Assembly (NCBI GenBank): GCA_028685295.1
Contig: JAQUEL010000004.1
Location: 24 to 64,023, forward strand
Direction of reading: 5' to 3'
DNA length: 64,000 bases
Source: a bacterium
GTDB lineage: Bacteria > UBP13 > UBA5359
Notes under the pieces: model-generated
Databases searched by the model: none
What the model was told of the DNA's origin: nothing
What the model saw: the letters and a program-made list of their open reading frames with translations, nothing else
Part shown: one piece after another, positions 34,868 to 43,434 of the stretch
Layout: every line of letters begins with the position of its first letter
How positions within the stretch are numbered: the stretch's first letter is position 1
Translations under genes and position numbers: made by a program

Positions 34868-35806
34868 ATGGCTGAAATAATGGCCAAGATAGAGTGTCTG
34901 GTATCTGATGAAAGATATATGAAATTGGTAATCGAGCCGCTGGAGCGCGGATTCGGTAACACCATAGGAAACGCATTACGTCGTACATTGATGTCCTCGC
35001 TTCCCGGAGCAGCAATCACGGCTGTAAAAATTGAGGGTGTTTTACATGAGTTCTCAACCTTACCGGGTGTTGCCGAGGATGTAACCGAGATAGTTCTTAA
35101 TATGAAGGAACTGGCTGTCAAACTGAGTGGTGATGAGCCTAGATCCATGCGTATTGAGGCTGAAGGGATAGGAGAGGTTAAAGCTTCCGATATAATTGTG
35201 CCGGCGGAAGTCGAGATATGTAATCCCGACTTACACATAGCCGAACTGACTGAGAAGAATGCTCGACTCTTCATGGATATAATCGTTGAGCGTGGTGCCG
35301 GGTATGTTCCGGCCGAGAAGCATCGTCGTTTCGGACATCAGGTGGGGATAATTCCTATTGACTCTATCTTTACACCGGTACAAAGGATGAATTATATAGT
35401 TGAGGATACTCGTGTCGGCCAGGTGACCGATTACGATAAGCTGATACTGGAAGTCTGGACGAATGGTTGCCTAAAGCCGGAAGAGGCAATGGGTTTTGCC
35501 GCCAGATTGCTGCATGACCATCTAAAGCTTTTCTTTGATTTCTCCGGTGTCACATTTGAGGGCACGGAAGCAAAAGAGGTTGAAACTGAGAGCAAAAAAA
35601 TCAAGGAACTTACTCTTGAGGAGCTGGGCCTGTCCGTCAGGCCTTATAATTGCCTTAAGAGGGCAGGCATAAATACAGTGGAAGAATTGCTGACCAAAAC
35701 TGATAGCGAAATAACCGGCGTCAGGAATTTTGGTAAGAAATCACTTGAAGAGATAAAAGAGAAGCTGGCCGAGCATGGATTGACGTTAAAGGAATCGGCT
35801 GAGTAG
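34868..35806 (+). CDS. rpoA: DNA-directed RNA polymerase subunit alpha
   Basis: 312 aa with N-terminal and C-terminal domains. Confidence 0.96.
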   Translation: MAEIMAKIECLVSDERYMKLVIEPLERGFGNTIGNALRRTLMSSLPGAAITAVKIEGVLHEFSTLPGVAEDVTEIVLNMKELAVKLSGDEPRSMRIEAEGIGEVKASDIIVPAEVEICNPDLHIAELTEKNARLFMDIIVERGAGYVPAEKHRRFGHQVGIIPIDSIFTPVQRMNYIVEDTRVGQVTDYDKLILEVWTNGCLKPEEAMGFAARLLHDHLKLFFDFSGVTFEGTEAKEVETESKKIKELTLEELGLSVRPYNCLKRAGINTVEELLTKTDSEITGVRNFGKKSLEEIKEKLAEHGLTLKESAE

Positions 35807-35817
35807 GAGGTTGTTAA

Positions 35818-36168
35818 ATGAGACATAGGATAGCCGGCAGGAAGCTGAACAGGCCGACAGATGAGCGTATTGCACTATTCAGGAGCCTGGTAACCTCTCT
35901 GTTTAAATATGGAAAGATCAATACTACGGAGATGAAGGCAAAGGAGATAAGGCCAATCGCCGAAAAGCTGATAACTCTGGCTGCTAAAAATGATCTCCAT
36001 GCCAGACGACAGGTAATTGCTTACCTTTATGATAAAGAAGTTGCCGGTAAGCTTTTCAGTGAGATTGGTCCGCGCTATAAGGATAGACAAGGCGGATATA
36101 CTCGTATTCTCAAAATGGGGTTCAGGCGTGGTGATGCTTCGCCTATGGCGATAATAGAGTTGGTGTAG
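35818..36168 (+). CDS. rplQ: 50S ribosomal protein L17
   Basis: 116 aa L17 family. Confidence 0.96.
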   Translation: MRHRIAGRKLNRPTDERIALFRSLVTSLFKYGKINTTEMKAKEIRPIAEKLITLAAKNDLHARRQVIAYLYDKEVAGKLFSEIGPRYKDRQGGYTRILKMGFRRGDASPMAIIELV

Positions 36169-36221
36169 CAGCGCAACGGCCTTTAATGAGAGTGCTATGT
36201 GTTATGCAAAAACAGGCAGAG

Positions 36222-36256
36222 GGGACACAGGGTTTTACCAGTGTCCCTTTGTCATT
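36222..36256 (+). terminator. Intrinsic terminator after rplQ (GGGACAC-loop-GTGTCCC + TTTGTCATT)
   Basis: A 7-bp perfect stem lies about 55 nt after the rplQ stop and is followed by a T-rich tract. Confidence 0.45.
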
Positions 36257-36329
36257 ACCAGGGGTGGCATTGGTTTGAAATCCTATTTGACGATAAAAAA
36301 CATATATCATTGAAAACTTAGAGGCTTGT

Positions 36330-37157
36330 ATGGGGATCTTAAAACCGATAACCGATAATAAACAACCGGCAACTGCATCCGCAGGGCGTAATCTGGCGGT
36401 GTTGTTGGAATATGACGGCACAGATTTCTGTGGATACCAGTATCAGCCGCAAGTGCGAACAATCCAGGGGGAGCTGGAAAACGCCTTGAAACGCCTATTT
36501 GGCCGTCCTTTCCGGGTAAACGCTTCCGGCAGAACCGATGCCGGGGTGCATGCACTGGGTCAGGTAGCCGGCTTCATATTGGAGCATGATATTCAGGTAG
36601 AGCGGTTACCGCTTGCATTAAACAGCGTTCTTCCCCGGGACATTGTTGTTAAGCGTGCGGCAGAGGCGAAGCTTTCATTTCATCCCCGCTACTCAGCCGT
36701 TGGCAAGATTTATCGGTACTGCATAATAAACCGGGCGCAACCTTCGGCTTTACTGCGAAATTATACGGCTTTTATCCCCTATAAACTTGATATCGATGCT
36801 ATGAAAAGAGCCTGTAGTCATCTTGTGGGGGAACGGAATTTTGCTTCCATGATGTCTTCCGGCAGTCCGGTAAAGAGTACTGTGCGTAATCTAAGACGCC
36901 TGGAAGTGAAATGCCGGAGCGATGGACTATTGATATTTACAGCCGAGGCAAATGGCTTCCTTTATCAGATGGTAAGAAATATTGTCGGTACCTTGGTAGA
37001 TGTAGGACGAGGAAGGCTTCTTCCGGAAGAGATACCGCATATTCTGGAGGCTGGGGATCGTAAAGCGGCAGGCCCGGCTGCACCACCGCAGGGACTCTAT
37101 CTGCAGCAGGTTATATATCCTGAAAAGATAATAAGGTGGTGTAAAGATAATGCGTAA
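36330..37157 (+). CDS. truA: tRNA pseudouridine(38-40) synthase TruA
   Basis: 275 aa: LLEYDGTDFCGYQYQP...RTDAGVHA. It sits in the conserved position after rplQ. Confidence 0.9.
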   Translation: MGILKPITDNKQPATASAGRNLAVLLEYDGTDFCGYQYQPQVRTIQGELENALKRLFGRPFRVNASGRTDAGVHALGQVAGFILEHDIQVERLPLALNSVLPRDIVVKRAAEAKLSFHPRYSAVGKIYRYCIINRAQPSALLRNYTAFIPYKLDIDAMKRACSHLVGERNFASMMSSGSPVKSTVRNLRRLEVKCRSDGLLIFTAEANGFLYQMVRNIVGTLVDVGRGRLLPEEIPHILEAGDRKAAGPAAPPQGLYLQQVIYPEKIIRWCKDNA

Positions 37158-38334
37158 AAGATTAATGTTGCTTATCATAGTTAGTTGCTGTATCGTGCTA
37201 TGGATATTCCAGTCTGATATTTGTACCCGGCTGCTTCCGGTCAAAGCCGGTGAAATATCCGGTTTAAAAGAGGAGGAGGCTATCAGGCTGCCGCGGCACC
37301 TGCCGCGGGGAGTCATTCTGATGATTGGTGACGGCATGGGCTTTGAGCATATCAAGGCAACTCGTCTCAGTCTGAAGAACGCTAAACTGGAAATGGAGAA
37401 GCTGCCGGTCAGCGGCAGCTTGACAACATATTCATATGGCGGCGCTGTTACCGATTCAGCTGCTGCTGCCACAGCGCTGGCTACTGGTGTGAAGACGAGT
37501 AACGGATATTTGGGGATGTCTCCCAAAGGGATACTACTGGAAAACGTATCTGAGGTAGCTTCTCGAACCGGCAGGCGTGTAGGTCTGGTCACTACCGTAA
37601 CTGTTACTCATGCCACTCCTGCAGCATTTGCAGTTCATGTCAATGCACGTAAAGATGAAGCTTCCATTGCAACAGCCATGATACTTAAACGTCTGGACCT
37701 GATATGGGGCGGGGGTTACGGTTTTTTTGTTCCGGAATATGTTTCCGATAGCCTGCGTAAGGATAATACCGATGTGATTAAGCTGGCGAAGAATAATGGA
37801 TATAAATTGTTAAGAAAGAGATCCGAGATGGCGCAAAGCGATTCTCTGCCTTCATTAGGGCTCTTCAGCAGAGGTGCTTTAAACGGCGGCAAGCACGAGC
37901 CGGATTTGGCTGAGATGACGGTTAAAGCTGCCGATTTGCTTGCTAAAGATAAGAGAGGCTTTTTTCTAATGGTGGAGGGCGGAAAGATAGATTGGGCTGC
38001 GCATGTTCATGACCTGCCGGGCGTTATCAGGGAAATAGCATCCTTTGACAAAGCTATATCTGAAGCAGTGCGCTTTGCAGAGGCGCGGGGCGATGTTATG
38101 GTATTGGTCGTTGCCGATCATGAAACCGGAGGGTTGGATCTTCTGGATAAGAATGGTGTAATATCGGCTGATTGGACTACTTTTGGCCACACTGACAGAG
38201 ATGTTCCTCTTTATGGTTATGGGCCGGGTGCGAAGATGTTTGCCGGAAAGCATGATAATACATATATCGGCCGCATGCTGATTCAATATTTTACAACTGT
38301 TGAGAAATATACTAAAATCCTACTGAGTGCTTGA
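37150..38334 (+). CDS. Alkaline phosphatase family protein (PhoA-like), N-terminal membrane anchor/signal
   Basis: GDGMGFEH, DSAAAATALATGVKT, VTHATPAAF and DHETGG motifs follow an N-terminal hydrophobic segment. Confidence 0.8.
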   Translation: MRKRLMLLIIVSCCIVLWIFQSDICTRLLPVKAGEISGLKEEEAIRLPRHLPRGVILMIGDGMGFEHIKATRLSLKNAKLEMEKLPVSGSLTTYSYGGAVTDSAAAATALATGVKTSNGYLGMSPKGILLENVSEVASRTGRRVGLVTTVTVTHATPAAFAVHVNARKDEASIATAMILKRLDLIWGGGYGFFVPEYVSDSLRKDNTDVIKLAKNNGYKLLRKRSEMAQSDSLPSLGLFSRGALNGGKHEPDLAEMTVKAADLLAKDKRGFFLMVEGGKIDWAAHVHDLPGVIREIASFDKAISEAVRFAEARGDVMVLVVADHETGGLDLLDKNGVISADWTTFGHTDRDVPLYGYGPGAKMFAGKHDNTYIGRMLIQYFTTVEKYTKILLSA

Positions 38335-38352
38335 TTGATTATGGAGGTAAAT

Positions 38353-39822
38353 ATGCGATATCTTGCTTTTGATCTTGGCGCTGAAAGCGGTAGGGCAATT
38401 GTTGGAACGGTGAAGAACGGCAGGCTGCTACTGGAAGAAGTATATCGTTTCCAAAACAGGCCCTTGCTGGTACAGGGGCATCTTCACTGGGATGTATACC
38501 GTCTCTTTGAAGAGTTGAAATTCGGTCTTCAGGCAGCTACGGCAAGATACAAGGATATAGTGAGCCTGGCCATAGATACCTGGGGCGTGGATTTCGGCCT
38601 GCTTACGGAAGACGGCATCCTGATAGGACTGCCCATGATGTATCGCGATCCTATAACCGAGGGTATTCCGGAAGAGATCTACGGTCTGATATCTCGTGAA
38701 GAGCTCTATCGCATAACAGGTTTACAGACCATGCGTTTTGATACGCTCTTTCAACTCTATGCCCTGGAAAAGCGATCTCCCGGATATCTTAAAGCTGCCC
38801 ATAGCCTATTATTTATGCCCAATCTCTTGGGTTATCTCTTTACTGGCCAGGGGGCAGCTGATCTCTCCATCGCTTCTACCAGTCATTTCTATAATCCGTC
38901 GTTTCATCGGTGGGCGACCAGCCTTTTGGAACGGTTGGGATTGCCGGCTGATATCCTTCCAAGCTTGGTCTATCCCGGTACTATTATCGGTCCTCTTCTT
39001 AAGGAGATCGCCGAGGAGTGCAATGCCTCTGGTATGGAGTTGATATGTGTCGGCTCTCATGATACCGCCAGTGCCGTGGCCTCTGTACCGGCGCAGGGTG
39101 AGCGCTGGGCGTATATCAGCAGCGGCACATGGTCATTAATGGGTGCTGAATTGGAGAAGCCTTTGATAAACGATGAAGGCATGCAATATGATTTTACCAA
39201 CGAAGTAGGCTACGGAGGAAGCATACGTTATCTTAAGAATATAGTGGGGTTGTGGTTGCTGCAAGGTATCAGGCGTTCGCTTGAGAGCAGGGGAATTCCG
39301 ATGTCCTACCCGGAGATGGTGGCGGCGGCTGAAAAGACGGCTCCGCTACAAGTTCTTATTGATGTCGACGAGCCTGATTTCATGAATGTGGGCGATATGA
39401 TGGATAAAGTAGATGCCTTCTGCCGCAAAACGGGACAGCCTCTTCCTGAGGGTGCTGGAGGATACGCCAGATGTGTATTGGAGAGCCTGGCCCTCAGGTA
39501 CCGTGAGGTTATGGCTCTGTTGAAAAAGCTTACCGGAGCGGATTACGAGACTCTGCATATCGTGGGGGGCGGCTCCAAGAACATTATGCTCAACTCCTTT
39601 ACGGCTTCAGCCTGCCATATGCAGGTGCTGGCAGGCCCGGATGAGGCTACTGCAGCCGGAAATATACTGGTCCAGGCAATAACTCGAGGTGAGATAGCCT
39701 CTCTGGCAAATGCACGGGAGGTAGTCGGTAATTCCTTTGATCTGATAGAGTATCTGCCGCAGAATCCGGAAATCTGGGACAGAGCCTATGAGAAATATAG
39801 AACATTGAAGGAGAGGATTTAA
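38353..39822 (+). CDS. FGGY-family carbohydrate kinase, rhamnulokinase-like
   Basis: DLGAESGR, DTWGVDFGLL, GSHDTASAV, SGTWSLMG and HIVGGGSKN motifs align along RhaB. ATG at 38353 follows a GGAGGT Shine-Dalgarno. Confidence 0.8.
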   Translation: MRYLAFDLGAESGRAIVGTVKNGRLLLEEVYRFQNRPLLVQGHLHWDVYRLFEELKFGLQAATARYKDIVSLAIDTWGVDFGLLTEDGILIGLPMMYRDPITEGIPEEIYGLISREELYRITGLQTMRFDTLFQLYALEKRSPGYLKAAHSLLFMPNLLGYLFTGQGAADLSIASTSHFYNPSFHRWATSLLERLGLPADILPSLVYPGTIIGPLLKEIAEECNASGMELICVGSHDTASAVASVPAQGERWAYISSGTWSLMGAELEKPLINDEGMQYDFTNEVGYGGSIRYLKNIVGLWLLQGIRRSLESRGIPMSYPEMVAAAEKTAPLQVLIDVDEPDFMNVGDMMDKVDAFCRKTGQPLPEGAGGYARCVLESLALRYREVMALLKKLTGADYETLHIVGGGSKNIMLNSFTASACHMQVLAGPDEATAAGNILVQAITRGEIASLANAREVVGNSFDLIEYLPQNPEIWDRAYEKYRTLKERI

Positions 39823-39823
39823 A

Positions 39824-40585
39824 TTGGAGAGGAACCAAATAGCAGCTCAGCTTTACACCATCAGGGAGTACCTCAAGACACCGTCGGATATTGCCGCCAG
39901 CCTGAAAAGAGTCAGAGATATCGGTTATCAGGCGGTGCAGATATCCGGAATGGGGCCGATAGGGCCGGCGGAATTGAAAAAAATGACTGATGACCTGGGA
40001 TTAGAGATCTGTAATACCCATATAGATTATAAGCGGATGGAAGAGGATCTGGCCGGCGTTATTGAAGAGCATGAAATTTACGGATGCCGTTATATCGGTA
40101 TCGGCGGATTACCGGGTGAGTATCGTAATGCAGACGGCTATCACCGCTTTGCCGTAGCTGCTTCAAAGATTGCCGCTGCTTTAGCGGCAGAAGGGTTTAT
40201 CTTTATTTATCATAACCACAGCTTTGAACTGGAGCGATACGGAGACAGAACGGGATTGCAGATACTCTATGAAGATAGCGATCCGACCGTCTTCATGGCC
40301 GAGATAGATGTTCACTGGATACAGCGTGGCGGAGCCGACCCGGCCGCCTGGATCCGGAGTCTGTCCGGCAGGATACCGACTGTCCACCTCAAAGATATGG
40401 CAGTTCGGGATAACGCCCCGATCATGGCGGAAATCGGAGAAGGCAACCTCAACTGGGAGGCTATTCTTTCTGCCTGCGAAGATGCAGGGGTTGAATGGTA
40501 TATCGTGGAGCAGGATGACGATTTTAAGGAAGATCCCTTTACAAGCCTAAAAATCAGCTACCGGAATCTTCTTCGTATGATCTGA
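39824..40585 (+). CDS. Sugar phosphate isomerase/epimerase (xylose-isomerase-like TIM barrel)
   Basis: 253 aa TIM-barrel family with a TTG start after a GAAGGAGAGG Shine-Dalgarno. Confidence 0.7.
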   Translation: MERNQIAAQLYTIREYLKTPSDIAASLKRVRDIGYQAVQISGMGPIGPAELKKMTDDLGLEICNTHIDYKRMEEDLAGVIEEHEIYGCRYIGIGGLPGEYRNADGYHRFAVAASKIAAALAAEGFIFIYHNHSFELERYGDRTGLQILYEDSDPTVFMAEIDVHWIQRGGADPAAWIRSLSGRIPTVHLKDMAVRDNAPIMAEIGEGNLNWEAILSACEDAGVEWYIVEQDDDFKEDPFTSLKISYRNLLRMI

Positions 40586-40608
40586 AATAGGCAGCATTGA
40601 AGTACAGA

Positions 40609-40644
40609 AAAGTGCCGGTAGCCAGAACGGAATACCGGCACTTT
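40609..40644. terminator. Bidirectional terminator between the convergent isomerase (+) and groES (-) genes
   Basis: AAAGTGCCGGTA-loop-TACCGGCACTTT is a 12-bp perfect stem flanked by T-rich sequence on both strands. Confidence 0.5.
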
Positions 40645-40669
40645 CTATTTAAAGTTTATCGAACAGCAT

Positions 40670-40951
40670 CTATCTGATAGCCAAAACATCGCTCTCACGC
40701 ATAATGAGATACTCGTCTCTTCCCACTTTAACTTCAGTCCCGCTGTATCTGGCGTAAATAACGGTATCGCCGATCTTTATTTCCATTGGACCGCGTTTTC
40801 CGTTCTCCAGTAATTGGCCGCTGCCTACAGCAACAACTTCACCCTCCTGCGGCCTCTCTCTGGCTGTATCGGGCAGGACAATGCCGCTGACAGTCATCGC
40901 CTCCGCCTTAGCCGGTCTAACTACTATGCGATCTCCCAATGGTTGAATCAT
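40670..40951 (-). CDS. groES: Co-chaperonin GroES (10-kDa chaperonin). No adjacent groEL.
   Basis: MIQPLGDRIVVRP...GDTVIYARYSGTEVKVGRDEYLIMRESDVLAIR. An internal Met was chosen to give about 93 aa. Downstream on the same strand there is no GroEL, only a terminator and a convergent gene. Confidence 0.85.
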   Translation of the reverse strand: MIQPLGDRIVVRPAKAEAMTVSGIVLPDTARERPQEGEVVAVGSGQLLENGKRGPMEIKIGDTVIYARYSGTEVKVGRDEYLIMRESDVLAIR

Positions 40952-41086
40952 TAAGCTTAAACCTCCCTGGATTCCAAACTTACAAATGCAACTTAATGTC
41001 GAATTATCAGCATGAAGCTTGCCAAGTTTAAAAAAACGCTTGCTAGGGAATAAAGCTATAGCATGGCTATACGTTAACGACATATA

Positions 41087-42754
41087 GTGGAGCGTTTTGT
41101 GATTTATTTTCTTTTCATTCTAGTCATAATCGGTCGCATAATGACCTTCGGAAGATTACATGGCGTCAGCTCGGATGAATATTTCTATACTCTTGTAGGA
41201 AGGGAGATACTAGCATCAATTACCGGTGATCAAATAGACCTCAAAACCATCGATGCTCTACATCCGCCTTTATTTCCATATATACTGGCCTGGGTATATA
41301 GGTTGGCAGGAGAAAATACTATCGAAATAGGAAGAATTCTGGGGATAGCTCTCAATCTTGGCGCCGTAATATTTTTCTACAAAATAACGCTGCTTCATTT
41401 CAAATCTTCCCGGCAGGCATTGTGGGCTACAGCACTATTTGCTTTCATTCCAGCTCTTTGGCGTGATGCCGACAGGGTATGGGCGGATAATCTGGCTCTC
41501 TTTCTGGTAACTGTTGCTATTTATGCGGTTTGTTTGAGCTTCCGCTCAAATAAGGGGCGATACTGGTTGCCGGCATGGCTGCTTCTGGCTGCCGCTACAC
41601 TGACTAAGGAATACCTTGGAATCGTATTGCTGCCGGCATTTCTAGTTGCACTAATCTTATGGGCTTGTAAGAACAGTAATAGAAGGTACGGCTTTATACT
41701 GATCGGCGCTATGCTCTTTGTGCCGGTACTAGCGGTGGTTTGGCAATTAAAGATGGCTGGATGGCCTAGAGCAGGCTATCTGGAGCAGATGCTCTCACCT
41801 GCATTGCTTGCACAAAGATGCTCTTATCTTGGTATAGGGGGACCGGATTTACGTAAGCTGTATGTTCAGAATCTTAATCAGCGTGATTTTCCCTGGTCGT
41901 ATATTCTTCTAGTCTTTGCTCTGCCATTCAGCGGTAAATTGAAAGGTTTGGCCGGATCTTTAGCCGATCAAGGCTCCGCCGGCAGTGTTTACGCCTTTCA
42001 TACAGTTCTTGCCATTAGCCTGCTAACCTACATCAGCCTCATGGGACATCAGTACGGTTCCCGGCTGATTTTTCCGGCTTTGCCTTCACTAACGCTAATG
42101 ATTTCTTTAGCCTTCTTCCAGATAAGCAGATATACGCCTATAATTTTTTATTCACTTTTGGCTACCATTTTTAGTCTCTGGTCATGGCCGATGCAGGGAC
42201 AGCTGGAATCTCTGCTGTCTTTGGGACTGGTGACAACGCTCGTATTTTATATGGCTTTAAAGCCGATCAGCAGAAATATCGCTCTGCGCAGCTTCCTAGC
42301 CACAATTGTAATACTGGCATTTATAACCAATTCATTTATAGTTCTTTCCTGTGATGCAGCTAAACAAAAACGTATAATCAGCAATTACGGTGAACTGCAG
42401 GGGATGACAGGAGTTGCGCGTTGGCTGCGCAAAAACACCCGTTCCAAGGAGCGCCTGTTAACCTTTAATCCCAGGCAGACAGCCTGCTTGCTCGATTATC
42501 CCTACAGATACTTTGCCGATTTGAGCTGGTGGGATATTGAGCAGCCGTTACCGCAGATCAGCCGGGAATACCTGGTTAAAAACAGAATAGATTGGATCAT
42601 TATCAGCCGCCCTGAAGCTTACGGCCCTTTAAGGCAAGGGCTCTATCAAAAGATGCGCCGGTCGGATTACTTGGTACAGGTATATCTGGAAACCACTGCT
42701 GGCGGAGAGGTGATTGCGGCTATATTCAAGCTGCGGAAAGAAAGGAAGATCTGA
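41087..42754 (+). CDS. Polytopic membrane glycosyltransferase, GT39/ArnT/PMT-like (putative)
   Basis: 555 aa with more than 10 predicted TM helices and an N-terminal loop with a D/E-rich motif typical of GT-C enzymes. It overlaps the downstream GT2 gene by 1 nt. Confidence 0.55.
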   Translation: MERFVIYFLFILVIIGRIMTFGRLHGVSSDEYFYTLVGREILASITGDQIDLKTIDALHPPLFPYILAWVYRLAGENTIEIGRILGIALNLGAVIFFYKITLLHFKSSRQALWATALFAFIPALWRDADRVWADNLALFLVTVAIYAVCLSFRSNKGRYWLPAWLLLAAATLTKEYLGIVLLPAFLVALILWACKNSNRRYGFILIGAMLFVPVLAVVWQLKMAGWPRAGYLEQMLSPALLAQRCSYLGIGGPDLRKLYVQNLNQRDFPWSYILLVFALPFSGKLKGLAGSLADQGSAGSVYAFHTVLAISLLTYISLMGHQYGSRLIFPALPSLTLMISLAFFQISRYTPIIFYSLLATIFSLWSWPMQGQLESLLSLGLVTTLVFYMALKPISRNIALRSFLATIVILAFITNSFIVLSCDAAKQKRIISNYGELQGMTGVARWLRKNTRSKERLLTFNPRQTACLLDYPYRYFADLSWWDIEQPLPQISREYLVKNRIDWIIISRPEAYGPLRQGLYQKMRRSDYLVQVYLETTAGGEVIAAIFKLRKERKI

Positions 42755-43434
42755 TGCTGCTTTCGGTTATCATTCCGGTCTTTAATGAGCAGGAATATAT
42801 AGTGGACGTTATCAATTGTATAAGGCGGCAGCCATTACGAAAAGAGATAATTGTTGTTGATGACGGTTCTACCGACGGCACCAGGGAGAAGGTTAGAGCT
42901 ATGACCGCTGAAGGGAAGGTACGCCTGATAGAGCAGCCGGTAAATCGGGGCAAAGGAGCGGCGTTAAGGCGGGGATTGCCGGAAGCAAAGGGTGATATAA
43001 TTATTTTTCAGGATGCAGATCTGGAGCTTGATCCCCATGATTACCCAGCCTTGATAGAACCCATCGTCAGTGGAAATACCGAGGTGGTTTACGGTTCACG
43101 CTTTCTGAACCGGCGTAATCGCATACCGCTACCCAATCTGCTGGCCAACAAAGCTCTGACGGCTATGACAAACCTGCTTTACAGGGCCAGGCTCACGGAT
43201 GAAGCTACGGCCTATAAGGTATTCCGCAGAGAGGTTATAGCGTCAATTCCACTTTACAGCAATGGCTTTGAGATCTGCCCGGAGATAACTGCAAAGCTGC
43301 TGAAAGCCGGGTACAGCATAATCGAGGTGCCCATTGCCTATCACCCAAGAAGCAGGCAAGAAGGCAAAAAGCTAAACTGGACAGACGGCGTTATAGCCGT
43401 GGCCACGCTTCTGCGTTTTCGTTTCACGGCCTAA
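42754..43434 (+). CDS. GT2-family glycosyltransferase, polyprenol-phosphate sugar synthase-like (Dpm1/ArnC-like)
   Basis: VIIPVFNE, VVDDGSTDGT and DADLELDP motifs, 226 aa. Confidence 0.8.
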   Translation: MLLSVIIPVFNEQEYIVDVINCIRRQPLRKEIIVVDDGSTDGTREKVRAMTAEGKVRLIEQPVNRGKGAALRRGLPEAKGDIIIFQDADLELDPHDYPALIEPIVSGNTEVVYGSRFLNRRNRIPLPNLLANKALTAMTNLLYRARLTDEATAYKVFRREVIASIPLYSNGFEICPEITAKLLKAGYSIIEVPIAYHPRSRQEGKKLNWTDGVIAVATLLRFRFTA

